DNA of 64,000 bases from a bacterium (Candidatus Blackallbacteria) CG13_big_fil_rev_8_21_14_2_50_49_14 (GCA_002783405.1 PFGG01000035.1:113615-177614); one strand, 5' to 3'; positions 11,126-22,719 are shown, numbered from the stretch's first letter. The notes: generated from the sequence alone by a model not told the origin. A program made the numbers and translations.

Positions 11126-11293
11126 GTCTTTTAACCTTATAAAGAAAAATACGGGTTAAGGCCGCATTTTTTCTTTTTACTTTTGATCACAAATAAGCTC
11201 TGGTCAGTATAAGCTCCCTCGCAAGTACAGTCAATGAGGGTGGGTCTGGGTTCTGACGATTCAAAACTACAGCCAAAACCCAGACCAGGGGCT

Positions 11294-11302
11294 GCTGTAT
11301 AA
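11294..11302 (+). promoter_or_regulatory. Candidate extended -10 promoter element (tgTATAAT) for the GT4-GT2/MMPL operon, inside the divergent 210-bp intergenic region
   Basis: The sequence ctgTATAATac lies about 33 nt upstream of the ATG at 11336. An 8-bp inverted repeat tctgggtt...aacccaga (about 11242-11285) sits just upstream. Confidence 0.3.
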
Positions 11303-11335
11303 TACAGAAAAAGCAATTTTCTGGCAGGAATATCC

Positions 11336-13468
11336 ATGCGCATCGCCTTTCTTTCCCGCATTTCACGTGCCTTTAATGGGGAGACCGTCTATCATGAGCC
11401 CCTCGGAGGCACCCAAAGCGCAATTGTCTATCTGGCGCGGGAACTTCAAGCCCTGGGCCATGAAGTGCATGTTTTTTGCCAATGCAAAGAAAAAGCGGGT
11501 GTTTTTGAGGGCGTAACCTATCACAACGTACCCGACTTGGCCCGATTTGCCCGCCAGAACCCGCTTGATTTTTTTATTTCCTGTGCCGATGAAAGCGCCC
11601 TGAAACTGGGCATTCCCGCCCGCCACAACCTGTGGTGGTCCCACAATGACTATTGCTTTTTTTGGCATGAAATGCCCGACCTGCGTGCCAAAACAGCTGA
11701 AATTCTCGCCACAAAAGCAGATAAACTGGTCGCCGTCAGTGAATGGCATGCCCAGAAATTATCAGAGGTTCTTCAACTCCCACGCGAACATTTTTGGATC
11801 GCCCGCAATGCGGTGCATGCCCCCTGGTTTGAGCCGACACCCCAACCGGCCAGCCCTCCCCGCCTGATTTATTCCAGTGTTCCCGACCGGGGCTTGGATC
11901 TTCTGCTTGAGTTTTTTCCTGAAATTCAGGCCCAGGTGCCCGAGGTGGAGCTTCACCTTTATTCCAGTTTCACGGTCTGGGGCAAAAGTGTTGAATGGAA
12001 TCAGGCCAAAGCAGGGGCCCTGTATGCCGAAGCCCAAGCCCTGCCAGGTGTATTTTTGCATGACCCACTGCCCCACCCGCAATTGGCAGCAGCCCTGCTG
12101 GAAGGCTCTTTGATGGTCTATCCCAACCATGCTGCCGACCCCATCGACGAAAGTGGTTTTTGGGCTGAAACTTCCTGCATTGCCGCCCTCGAAGCCCAAG
12201 CTGCGGGCTTGCCTGTAATCACCAGCGCACGGGGGGCTTTGCTAGAAACGATTCAGGATCAACAGACGGGATTTGTTTTGCCTGGTGACCCCCACAGTGC
12301 AGCCTACCGTCAGAGCTTTATTGAAAAAACCGTCGCCTTGTTGCGCGACCCTGAAGCCCGGCAGAAATTGAGTACAGCCGCCCGTGCCCGCATTCAGGCT
12401 GAATATACCTGGCAATTGCGGGCCCGTGAATGGGATCAGTTTTTTCAAAGCTTCAGTTCAAGCCGCATGCAAAGCTCTCCCCTGCTCAGCCCTTTTCCTG
12501 CGCCTGAAATTTCAGTGATTATTCCGACCTATAACCGGGCCCGCAATCTCAAAAACTGTCTTGAATCTCTCACCTGGCAAACCTTTAAAGCCTTTGAAGT
12601 GATCATCTGCGATGATGGTTCCAGTGATAGCACCCGCGAAGTGGCCGAAAGTTTTCAGGAACGTCTCAATCTGGCCTATCGCTGGCAGGAAGATTTGGGT
12701 TTTCGTGCGGCTGAAGCCCGCAATCTGGGATTGAAACGTGCCCGCGCCAAACTGCTCGTTTTTCTGGACAGTGATCTGGTCGTGCCCGAAACCTTTCTTG
12801 CTGCACATTGGCAAGCCCACCAAAACTATCGCAATGTGGCTGTCAACAGCTACGTCACCCGCATGCTGGAAGCCGTGGATCAAGATCTGGGCCTTCCTCC
12901 TCAGGACTATATCCCCAAGCACCAGGAAATTCTCAAACCCGACAGCCGTGATCGCTACGAACTCTTCGAGCGGACAGGGCCCGTCGAAGAAACCTATTTC
13001 CTTGACAGCAATGCCCTCTCCATCTGGCGCGAAGATCTGGAAAGAGTCGGCAATTTTGATGGAAATTTTATCGGCTGGGGACACGAAGACACGGAACTGG
13101 GTTACCGCATTGCCCAGTACGGGATGAAGCTGCTGCTGATCAAAGAAGGTGCCACCGCCTACCACCAATACCACAGTGTTTCCGAAAGCAAAGACGAAGA
13201 ACGAGCCGTCAATTGGAAACTACTCACCAGCAAACATGGGATCAACCGCTGGTATCACCCCCTCTGGGAACTGCCGGTTGAAGGGGGGGTGCAACTGGTC
13301 ATAGAAGGTGAAATTACCGCCCAAGACAAAATTTTTTCAGTTTGGTCAGATGCCGCCTGGACACTCAAAACAGGCCACCCGATTCCCTTGGCTGGCCTGC
13401 ACTATCTTGTCAAAATTGAAAACGGAATTCTCAAAGCGATCGAACCCTTCAATGGCAGCCCCGCATGA
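11336..13468 (+). CDS. Bifunctional glycosyltransferase: N-terminal GT4 (GT-B) domain fused to C-terminal GT2 (GT-A) domain
   Basis: The N-terminal half has GT4 features (E..GG, LPVITSARGAL.E). The C-terminal half has the GT2 signature SVIIPTYNRARNLKNCLESL...CDDGSSD...FLDSDL. Length is 710 aa. Confidence 0.8.
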   Translation: MRIAFLSRISRAFNGETVYHEPLGGTQSAIVYLARELQALGHEVHVFCQCKEKAGVFEGVTYHNVPDLARFARQNPLDFFISCADESALKLGIPARHNLWWSHNDYCFFWHEMPDLRAKTAEILATKADKLVAVSEWHAQKLSEVLQLPREHFWIARNAVHAPWFEPTPQPASPPRLIYSSVPDRGLDLLLEFFPEIQAQVPEVELHLYSSFTVWGKSVEWNQAKAGALYAEAQALPGVFLHDPLPHPQLAAALLEGSLMVYPNHAADPIDESGFWAETSCIAALEAQAAGLPVITSARGALLETIQDQQTGFVLPGDPHSAAYRQSFIEKTVALLRDPEARQKLSTAARARIQAEYTWQLRAREWDQFFQSFSSSRMQSSPLLSPFPAPEISVIIPTYNRARNLKNCLESLTWQTFKAFEVIICDDGSSDSTREVAESFQERLNLAYRWQEDLGFRAAEARNLGLKRARAKLLVFLDSDLVVPETFLAAHWQAHQNYRNVAVNSYVTRMLEAVDQDLGLPPQDYIPKHQEILKPDSRDRYELFERTGPVEETYFLDSNALSIWREDLERVGNFDGNFIGWGHEDTELGYRIAQYGMKLLLIKEGATAYHQYHSVSESKDEERAVNWKLLTSKHGINRWYHPLWELPVEGGVQLVIEGEITAQDKIFSVWSDAAWTLKTGHPIPLAGLHYLVKIENGILKAIEPFNGSPA

Positions 13469-15690
13469 ACACTCCCCCCTCTCTTTTGCGCCGGGGACTG
13501 AACGCGCTGGCCCACCATGTGCTGAACCATCCCAAGCGCTGGCTGCTGAGTTGGGTTTTGCTCCTGCTGGTGGCTTTGCCCGGATTTTTAACCGTCAACC
13601 GTTTTTTGGTGGGAGGCAATGGCGGTGTCACAAGCTCACAGGCCCTGCACACCAAAGATTTGCTCGAAGCGCGTTTTGATTTTCCCTATACCAGCAATTA
13701 TCTGCTCGTGATTGAGCATCCCCATCTGACCCTGGAAGCGCCGGCCTACCGTCAGGCCGTTGAAAAAATTGAAAAGGTGCTGCGCAGCCAGGAAGATACA
13801 CGTGCAATTCAAAGCTGGTACCAAAGCCAGGATGAAATGATGCGCAGTGCCGACGGAAAACGCACCTATCTGCTCATCGGGCAGACCGTAGCTGCCAGCC
13901 AGAAACTGGAGCTGCGCACCGGCGAAATCCGGGCAGCCCTTGCTCCCCTGCTCAAAGAACTGCATCAAGAGGCTGGTTTTTCAGCCTATATGACCGGCAT
14001 GAACGCCGTGATCTACGATATCAACAAGGTCACTAGCGCCAGCACTGCTACGGCCGAGAAACAGGTTTTTGGCCTGACCCTCGTGATTCTGCTCTTGGCC
14101 TTTGGTTCGCTGACAGGCGCACTTTTGCCACTTTTGATGGCTGTCGTGGCCATGGTGCTGACCCTGGCAATTGTGGCTGTGATTGCCCAACTCACCATGG
14201 TGTCCAACTATGCCCAGAGTATCTCCTCAATGATCGGTCTGGCCGTCGGCATTGATTACGCTCTTTTGCTGGTCTGGCGTCTGCGTCAGGAACGGGAAAA
14301 GGGTCTGGAACTGAAAGAAGCCCTGCATCAAACCCTGCTGACGGCCGGAAAATCGGTGATCTTTGCAGGGGGCACCTTTCTGATCGGCTTGGGTGGACTC
14401 TTTTTCAGCGGCATTACTGCCCTGTTTTCAATTGGCTTGGGCGGTATTCTGATTGTTGTGGTCAGCGTCGCTGCCAGTTTAACCCTTTTGCCTGCACTGC
14501 TACTCTTACTCGGCCCTTGGCTCGATTTTCCCAAAACCTGGGCCACACGCCTGCAAAACCTGCGTCCTTCGCGCCTCTGGAAACCTCTGGCCTATCACGT
14601 CATGCGCCACCCCTGGGTCTATGGCAGCGCTTCACTGGCAATCGTTCTGGCGATCAGCAGTCCGGCCCTGATGCTACAAATTCGCCAGTTTGACATGCCC
14701 AACCTGCCTGATCGGCTGGAATCCAAACAGGGCTTTGACCGTATGATCCAAATGCAGGTTTCAGGCCAAATGATTCCCCTCTTTCTCGTGCTGGAGACAC
14801 AAAAGCCAAGCCTTCTCAATGCCGAAGACCTGCACCAGCTCAAACGCGTGCATGCCCAGCTCCAGGCCAACCCCTTGATCGAGCGCGTGATCAGCCTGGC
14901 CACCCCCCTGCAGGAACACCCCGATCTAGCCAATCAACTGCCTTTGATCCGTCTGCTGACCCCCAATCTTTTCAATCTTTTGCTCAGTCACGATGAAAAA
15001 TTGACTTTGATTCAGGTGATTCCTAAAAAGCTGGGGGATTTTGACGAAATTGTCAATCTCTGTCGTGATCTGCGCCTGCAACTGGGCCCCGAACTGCTGA
15101 AACAGGGCCTGACCCTGCACACGGGAGGCCCCCCCGCTCTGACCCTCGATTATAACGAAGCCACTTTCAGCCACAGCCCCCAAATTCTGATTGGCGTGGT
15201 CATCGCCACCTGGCTGGTCTTGCTCTTTTCTCTGCGCTCCTGGCTGATTGCCTTCAAGGCCATTCTGCTCAATCTCTGCTCTGTGGCCGTCAGCTATGGT
15301 GTGATCACCCTGATCTTTCAGGAAGGTTTGATTCCAGGGATTCAAACCCAAGCGATTATGGCCTATGTACCCTTGCTGCTATTTTGCCTGATTTTTGGCC
15401 TCTCGATCGATTACGAGGTTTTTCTCATGACCCGTATCCGCGAAGCCTATGAAAGCGGTGAAAGCAATGAAGAAGCCACTGCCACCGGCATTCGCGCCAC
15501 CGGAGATGTGATCACCTATGCAGCCCTGGTCATGGGTCTGGTCTTTGGGGCCTTTACCCAAGTTGAAATCAGCATTATCAAACAATTGGGCTTTGGTCTG
15601 GCCACCGCGATTCTGGTCGATGCCACCCTGATTCGCATGGTACTCGTGCCTGCCTTTATGAAAATTGGCGGGCGCTGGAACTGGCGTTAA
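13465..15690 (+). CDS. MMPL-family (RND superfamily) membrane transporter
   Basis: Two 6-TM bundles separated by large periplasmic loops, typical MMPL topology in 741 aa. ATGA coupling to the upstream glycosyltransferase. Confidence 0.8.
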   Translation: MNTPPSLLRRGLNALAHHVLNHPKRWLLSWVLLLLVALPGFLTVNRFLVGGNGGVTSSQALHTKDLLEARFDFPYTSNYLLVIEHPHLTLEAPAYRQAVEKIEKVLRSQEDTRAIQSWYQSQDEMMRSADGKRTYLLIGQTVAASQKLELRTGEIRAALAPLLKELHQEAGFSAYMTGMNAVIYDINKVTSASTATAEKQVFGLTLVILLLAFGSLTGALLPLLMAVVAMVLTLAIVAVIAQLTMVSNYAQSISSMIGLAVGIDYALLLVWRLRQEREKGLELKEALHQTLLTAGKSVIFAGGTFLIGLGGLFFSGITALFSIGLGGILIVVVSVAASLTLLPALLLLLGPWLDFPKTWATRLQNLRPSRLWKPLAYHVMRHPWVYGSASLAIVLAISSPALMLQIRQFDMPNLPDRLESKQGFDRMIQMQVSGQMIPLFLVLETQKPSLLNAEDLHQLKRVHAQLQANPLIERVISLATPLQEHPDLANQLPLIRLLTPNLFNLLLSHDEKLTLIQVIPKKLGDFDEIVNLCRDLRLQLGPELLKQGLTLHTGGPPALTLDYNEATFSHSPQILIGVVIATWLVLLFSLRSWLIAFKAILLNLCSVAVSYGVITLIFQEGLIPGIQTQAIMAYVPLLLFCLIFGLSIDYEVFLMTRIREAYESGESNEEATATGIRATGDVITYAALVMGLVFGAFTQVEISIIKQLGFGLATAILVDATLIRMVLVPAFMKIGGRWNWR

Positions 15691-15948
15691 AAAAAATCCC
15701 GCCAGGGCAGGCGGGAGAGCAAGACTCGGGGCATCGAGCACGACTTCATCATCTATGAAGGAAACACCTTTAGTATGTCTGTTTTGATTGAAAAGCCACT
15801 GAGCAGCACATGAAGAAAGTCTGAGACTTTCCTGAGAAATTCCTGAGAGCGCTGAAAAATTCAGGCCACAAAGGGCAGCCCCTGCCGACTGACATGCCAA
15901 GGGCCAGAAATGGTAAACTGATACCTGAATTTCCAGATTTTTTGCTGA

Positions 15949-17586
<1,638 letters not shown>

Positions 17587-17591
17587 AATTC

Positions 17592-18041
17592 ATGACAACG
17601 CCCCCCCTTTCCAACGAAACACAGCAAAAACTGATCGAAGCGGCCCGACAGGCCTTTCGCCACTCCTATACCCCCTATTCTCTCTTTCCCGTAGGCGCCA
17701 GCCTCTTGGCGGTGAACGAAGATGGCAGCGAAAGCCTGATCAGTGGCTGCAATGTTGAGAACGCCTCCTTTGGTCTGGCAATCTGTGCAGAACGGGTGGC
17801 GCTGACCAAAGCCGTATCCGAAGGCCACCGCCATTTCAAAGCCATTGCCATTTCTGCCCAGAAAATGCAGCCCTGCTTCCCCTGCGGCACCTGCCTGCAG
17901 TTTATCCGTGAATTTGGCGCAGATATTCAAGTTATTTTGGAACAAGCCGATGGCAGCGCTCAGGTGCTGCCGATCGCTGAAATGCTGCCCTATACCTTTA
18001 CCGGAGAAGACCTGCGGCGCTCTGACGAAGAAAGCGACTGA
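17592..18041 (+). CDS. cdd: Cytidine deaminase
   Basis: Zinc-binding motifs CAER (C/H-A-E) and PCGTCLQ are present. Length is 149 aa. It lies 5 nt downstream of pyrG. Confidence 0.8.
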   Translation: MTTPPLSNETQQKLIEAARQAFRHSYTPYSLFPVGASLLAVNEDGSESLISGCNVENASFGLAICAERVALTKAVSEGHRHFKAIAISAQKMQPCFPCGTCLQFIREFGADIQVILEQADGSAQVLPIAEMLPYTFTGEDLRRSDEESD

Positions 18042-18113
18042 AACCAGCCCCCAATCCCCTCCCTGTTTGTGTTAGGATGCCTGCAGATATTTTTTGAGAC
18101 AGGAGAGAGTGTC

Positions 18114-18965
18114 ATGTCTGAAATCAAAACGGTTGCCGTATTGGGCATGGGAACCATGGGCTCTGGAATAGCCCAGGTCTGCGCCCAGGCCGGCCTGAAA
18201 ACCCGCTGCTATGAAATCAAGCAGGAATTGGTCGACAAAGGTCTGGCCATGATTCACAAAAATTTGGATTTTGGCCTGAGCAAAGGCAAATTCACAGAAG
18301 AAAATGTCAGTACCGCCAAAGCCAATCTGCACCCCAGCACCGATCTGAAGGATCTGAACGATGTGGATCTGGTGATCGAAGCTGTGGTAGAGGATATCGC
18401 CATCAAGCAAGAAGTTTTTGCCCAATTGGATAAAATCTGCCCCGAGCACACGCTTCTGGCCAGCAATACCTCCTCCCTTTCGATCACTGAAATTGCTGCG
18501 GCCACCCAACGCACCGACCGGGTCCTGGGCTTGCATTTCTTTAATCCTGCCTATCTGATGAAATTGGTAGAAGTGGTCAAAGGGCTCGAAACCAGCGAGG
18601 AAAGTGTCAAGCTGGCATACAGCTTTGTGGAAAAGCTGGGGAAAACCGCTGTTTTGGCCAAAGACACCCCCGGTTTTATTGTCAACCTGCTGCTGATTCC
18701 CTATCTGCTGGATGCCGCTCGGGTCTATGAAAATGGCCTGGCCACCGCCGTGGATATCGACAATGCCATGAAGCTGGGCGCAGGTTATCCCATGGGCCCC
18801 CTGACCCTGATGGATATGATCGGCATTGATGTCTGCGTCAAGGTCGGAGATATTCTCTTTGATGCCTACCACGAGCCCAAATACAATGTGCCCCCCCTGA
18901 TGCGCCGCATGGTCATGGCTGGGCATCTTGGCCGCAAGTCTGGCCGGGGCTTCTACGCCTATTAA
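18114..18965 (+). CDS. 3-Hydroxyacyl-CoA / 3-hydroxybutyryl-CoA dehydrogenase
   Basis: N-terminal NAD-binding motif VAVLGMGTMGSGIAQV and a 3HCDH C-terminal domain. Ribosome-binding site aggagag precedes the ATG at 18114. Confidence 0.85.
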   Translation: MSEIKTVAVLGMGTMGSGIAQVCAQAGLKTRCYEIKQELVDKGLAMIHKNLDFGLSKGKFTEENVSTAKANLHPSTDLKDLNDVDLVIEAVVEDIAIKQEVFAQLDKICPEHTLLASNTSSLSITEIAAATQRTDRVLGLHFFNPAYLMKLVEVVKGLETSEESVKLAYSFVEKLGKTAVLAKDTPGFIVNLLLIPYLLDAARVYENGLATAVDIDNAMKLGAGYPMGPLTLMDMIGIDVCVKVGDILFDAYHEPKYNVPPLMRRMVMAGHLGRKSGRGFYAY

Positions 18966-19051
18966 ACCAGAAGCAGGCCGGAGCAAATTTTCTGGCCTGC
19001 TCTCCGAGAAAGTATAGATACCCCATTGCACGCTTTTGAAAGGATTTTTGA

Positions 19052-19988
19052 ATGCCGTTTTCTTTTAGCCTACGCACGTTGAGCACTCTTTGTGTGTTTT
19101 CTCTGCTCTCATTTTCTCTCATCAATCTGACAGCATCAGCCCAGGCACAAACAACAAAGATTCCCGTTGCCGTTCTGGATTTATTGGCAAAAGGCGATGC
19201 CATGGCCAGTGAAGCAGGTATATTAACGGATCGGGTGCGCAGTCTGGTGGTGCAAAGCCAGACTTATCAGGTCATGAAACGTGAATCCATGGACAAAATC
19301 ATGCGTGAACAGGGGTTTCAAAGCACCCAAGACTGTACCGGAGAAGCCTGATCGATTCAAATGGGCCGACTCTTGGCTGTCAAACAAATCATGACAGCCA
19401 ACACGTTTGAACCAAAATTATGCCCTCACCCTGCGCGTAATCGATGCCGAAAAAGGTTTAATTCTGAGAGAAGAGTTTTTAGATTGCGCTTATAATCTCG
19501 AGACCCTGACCCGCGATCGCCTGCCCAATTTGGTGGCTTTGCTGATGGGGGCAAAGCCCACCCCACAGCCCGAAACCAGCCACAAACCCATACGTGTTCT
19601 GCGCCCCTGGCTTCTGCTTGGAGAAGGGGGGAATATCAACGTGGGCAAACTGGGCGTTCAGTTCAACTTCAATGAATATTTCGCTTTGCATGGGGGACCG
19701 GGTTATGGTTTTGCCAATAATCTTCAGATTAAATATCCTGGCGATTTGGGATACGACTTCGCTCAACCCATGGGTTTTGGCGGGGTTAAAGTCTATTTCA
19801 ACCCCCATGATCTGGCAGGTTTTCTCGATCTGGATTACGTCAGCACGAATTTTATCAATGGCATGCTCGGGCTTGAATATCGCCACCCTCAAGGCCTGAC
19901 CTTTTCAGCCTCTGGGGGATTGGGCTATGATATCCGCGTAAACAGTCCCCGGTTGATATTTGGCGGCGGCGTTGGGTTTTCCTTTTAA
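19052..19988 (+). pseudogene. Disrupted gene for a signal-peptide protein with a periplasmic Cys-motif domain fused to an outer-membrane beta-barrel (C-terminal ...GVGFSF). There is an in-frame TGA at 19349 and a +1 frameshift near 19414.
   Basis: Frame 0 reads ...QDCTGEA*SIQMGRLLAVKQIMTANTFEP, which then continues in the +1 frame as NYALTLRVIDAEKGLIL.... The TGA sits where the conserved second Cys of the C-x-x-E-A-C...G..LG motif is expected. The shift maps to an A4 run (gaaccAAAAttatg). Confidence 0.45.
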
Positions 19989-20052
19989 GATAAGTTGACA
20001 CGCTGGGCTTCTTCCTGGGTTAAACTGCGTTTACCAAGGAGAACCCCCTGCC

Positions 20053-21840
20053 ATGTCCATCATTGCCCCTCCCATTCGTCAACTTTTCGCCTATCTGCGC
20101 CCCGATGCACTGCGCTTTCGCTGGGCCAGTCTCTGCAGTATCCTCAATAAAATCCTAGATCTGATGCCGCCTTTGCTGGTAGGTTGGATCACCGACTCTG
20201 TCAGCGGCAAGCCTCCTGGCTGGATCCAAGCTGTCATGGGTCAGGCCAGCCCCTGGAACATGGCTGTTTTTCTTTCGATTCTGGCCGTCTTGATTTTCGC
20301 AGGCGAAAGCCTGTTTGAATGGCTCTTTCAACGAGAATTTATGAGCCTGGCCCAAGACGTGCAACACCGTCTGCGGGTTGAAACCTATGCGCGGATTCAA
20401 TCCCGTGAAATCCGTTTTTTTGAGAACCAGCGCATGGGTGAAACCTTGGCCATACTCAACGACGATGTCAATCAACTCGAACGCTTTCTCAATACCGGCT
20501 TCAATGAAATTTTGCAGCTGATTGTGCTCTTTGTTTTTTCAATGGTGGTCATGCTGACTGTTTCCTGGGAGCTTTCGCTGATTGGGTTGATACCCATTCC
20601 CTTGATTCTTTTGGGCAGTGCCCTCTACCAGAAAAAAATTGCCCCCCGCTACGATCAGGTGCGTCAGGCTGTAGGAGCTCTGGCCAGCCGGCTTGAAAAC
20701 AATCTGGGGGGAATTCTTGTAATTCAGAGCTTTACCGCTGAAGCCTTCGAATTGGAAAGGGTTCAAAGCAGCTCTGAAGATTATCGCAAAGCCAATCTCG
20801 ATGCGATTCGCCTTTCCGCAGCGTATATTCCGATCATTCGCATGGCAATTGCCTTGGGGTTTGGAGGCGTGCTCCTGATCGGGGCCTGGTGGGTTCTACA
20901 GGGAACAGGCCGTGTCAGCGTGGGCGAACTTGTGCTTTTTTCAATGTTGGTTCAACGTTTGCTCTGGCCCATTACCCGCCTGGGCCAAACCTTCGACCTC
21001 TACGAACGGGCCCGTGCCAGTGCCAAGCGCATTTTTGAACTGCTGAATACTCCCGCTGAAATTCAAAGTCCCCCTCAAGCCAAGCCCCTGCTGCGGGCCG
21101 AAGGTTCCGTTCATTTTGAACAGGTCCATTTTGCCTATGACCCGGCCCTGCCTGTTCTGAAAGGCCTGGAATTTGAAATTCCGGCCGGAGAAATGGTTGG
21201 CTTTGCGGGTACGACAGGAGCAGGCAAATCAACCTTGATCAAACTGCTTCTGCGACTCTATGACCCCAGCCAGGGAGCCGTCAAACTCGATGGCATTGAT
21301 CTGCGTGACCTGGATTTGCGCGATCTGCGACGCCAGATTGCCCTGGTCAGCCAGGATGTCTATCTTTTTCATGGCAGCCTGCGTGAAAATATTGCCTATG
21401 GCCTCAGCGAGGTTTCAGATGCTGCAATTGAAGAAGCTGCGCGCAAAGCCGAACTGCATGAATTTATTGTCAGCCTGCCCCAGGGCTACGCAACCCTGGT
21501 CGGAGAACGGGGAATCAAGCTTTCAGGGGGTCAGCGTCAACGCTTGAGCATTGCCCGCGCCCTGCTCAAAAATGCCCCTGTACTGGTATTGGATGAGGCA
21601 ACGTCTTCAGTCGATACCGAAACCGAACGCGCCATTCAACGCAACCTGCATACCCTGGTACAAGGACGCACCGCCCTGGTGATCGCCCACCGGCTGTCGA
21701 CCATTCGCCACGCCCACCGCATTCTTGTTCTGCGGGAAGGCCAAATCGCCGAGCAGGGCACCCACGAAGCCTTACTTGAACAGGCCGGAATCTATGCCGA
21801 TCTCTGGCACTTACAATTGGGTGACGCCTATGTCAGTTGA
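20053..21840 (+). CDS. ABC exporter, fused permease and ATPase (MsbA/lipid-A-exporter type)
   Basis: Six transmembrane segments followed by a canonical nucleotide-binding domain: Walker A GTTGAGKST, signature LSGGQRQR, Walker B LVLDEATS, H-loop IAHRLST. Confidence 0.85.
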   Translation: MSIIAPPIRQLFAYLRPDALRFRWASLCSILNKILDLMPPLLVGWITDSVSGKPPGWIQAVMGQASPWNMAVFLSILAVLIFAGESLFEWLFQREFMSLAQDVQHRLRVETYARIQSREIRFFENQRMGETLAILNDDVNQLERFLNTGFNEILQLIVLFVFSMVVMLTVSWELSLIGLIPIPLILLGSALYQKKIAPRYDQVRQAVGALASRLENNLGGILVIQSFTAEAFELERVQSSSEDYRKANLDAIRLSAAYIPIIRMAIALGFGGVLLIGAWWVLQGTGRVSVGELVLFSMLVQRLLWPITRLGQTFDLYERARASAKRIFELLNTPAEIQSPPQAKPLLRAEGSVHFEQVHFAYDPALPVLKGLEFEIPAGEMVGFAGTTGAGKSTLIKLLLRLYDPSQGAVKLDGIDLRDLDLRDLRRQIALVSQDVYLFHGSLRENIAYGLSEVSDAAIEEAARKAELHEFIVSLPQGYATLVGERGIKLSGGQRQRLSIARALLKNAPVLVLDEATSSVDTETERAIQRNLHTLVQGRTALVIAHRLSTIRHAHRILVLREGQIAEQGTHEALLEQAGIYADLWHLQLGDAYVS

Positions 21841-22327
21841 GATTGTCTATGCCCGCCCCGAGCTGTTGGAATCCTTTTGGCAAACCCTGGATACGGTGGC
21901 GCGGGAGCGCATGTATATCGAAATGACCGAAGCAGCACCGCTGGAGCAGATTACCCGGTTTCAAACCCAGATGATCGCAGCCCAGATGCCTGTTTATTAT
22001 GCCTTGAAAGATGAAAAAGTGATCGGTTGGGTGGATATCTGCCCCCCGGGCAACCCCCGCTTGGCCCACCGTGGTTTTTTGGGCATGGGGCTTTTGCCCC
22101 AAGCCCGTGGGCTGGGCCTGGGCCAAAAATTGCTTGAAACCGCCCTTGAACACGCCCGCAAAAAAACGGCGCTTGAGAAAATCGAACTCTTGGTCTTTAC
22201 CAGCAATATTGCAGCAATAGGCTTGTACCGCAAACTGGGGTTCAGTGAGATCGGCATTATACGCCACTTTCGAAAATTAGACGGGGTTTATTTTGATTGC
22301 CTGGAAATGGAGCTTTTTATAAAATAA
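21830..22327 (+). CDS. GNAT-family N-acetyltransferase
   Basis: Acetyl-CoA binding motif region RGLGLGQKLLE...LGF. The start overlaps the stop of the ABC exporter gene. Confidence 0.8.
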   Translation: MSVEIVYARPELLESFWQTLDTVARERMYIEMTEAAPLEQITRFQTQMIAAQMPVYYALKDEKVIGWVDICPPGNPRLAHRGFLGMGLLPQARGLGLGQKLLETALEHARKKTALEKIELLVFTSNIAAIGLYRKLGFSEIGIIRHFRKLDGVYFDCLEMELFIK

Positions 22328-22330
22328 ATG

Positions 22331-22355
22331 AACAATCATTTATTAATGAATTGTT
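22331..22355. promoter_or_regulatory. AT-rich 25-nt near-palindrome AACAATCATTTATTAATGAATTGTT (candidate operator)
   Basis: Inverted arms aacaat(c)catt / aatgaattgtt lie immediately after the GNAT stop. The surrounding 22328-22420 region is the most AT-rich non-coding stretch here. Confidence 0.3.
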
Positions 22356-22431
22356 ATTCAATAACTTTTCAAAACCAAAACTATTTTAAATGATCGTTCA
22401 AATTTAGTCTGTGGCAGAGCACACTTTTGCC

Positions 22432-22719
22432 TCAAACCAGGGCTGAAAAACCAGCAAAAAAGCAAGGGGTTTCAAACGATAAGCTGAAAGCGCCTCGCAG
22501 GCGAATATCGGCATCAGTGGCGCCTGCCTGTTTGAGAACCTCCACCAAACGGTTGACTTCTTTGGCCTGGGTCAGGGCAGCACGCCCAAAACAGAGCAGC
22601 CCTTCACCACAAGATGAAGGTCGACAGCATGCGCAGCCACCTCCTTGCTCGGCTTCCAGTTCAAGATAGGGTTCAGACTCAGGCAAAAGCTCCTCCAGCA
22701 CAGTGATACACTTAATCAT
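22432..22719 (-). CDS. Hypothetical small Cys-rich protein (95 aa)
   Basis: Amino-acid composition is protein-like and includes a GGGCACC...SCGEG...C cluster. The opposite-strand ORF is Arg/Ser/Pro-rich junk. No family assignment is possible. Confidence 0.25.
   Translation of the reverse strand: MIKCITVLEELLPESEPYLELEAEQGGGCACCRPSSCGEGLLCFGRAALTQAKEVNRLVEVLKQAGATDADIRLRGAFSLSFETPCFFAGFSALV

Noticed and set aside
11137-11361. 74-aa minus-strand ORF in the gmd / GT4-GT2 divergent intergenic region
   Set aside because: It lies across the promoter region, has no ribosome-binding site and overlaps the start of the plus-strand glycosyltransferase. Its composition is typical of a spurious ORF.
18966-19003. 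Weak hairpin (gcaggcc...ggcctgc) after the 3-hydroxyacyl-CoA dehydrogenase gene as a terminator
   Set aside because: The stem is short and the trailing sequence is not T-rich, so it is at best a weak terminator and is not listed as a feature.
19349-19351. Selenocysteine-encoding TGA in the disrupted lipoprotein gene
   Set aside because: The TGA sits at a predicted conserved Cys position, but the same gene also carries a frameshift in an A-run 60 nt downstream. I could not identify a SECIS-like hairpin or any sel genes in the window. A pseudogene or sequencing error is more parsimonious, and I report it only as something to check.
22427-22669. 80-aa plus-strand ORF overlapping the small Cys-rich minus ORF
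   Set aside because: The translation is Arg/Ser/Pro/Ala-rich low-complexity sequence typical of the antisense frame of a GC-rich gene.
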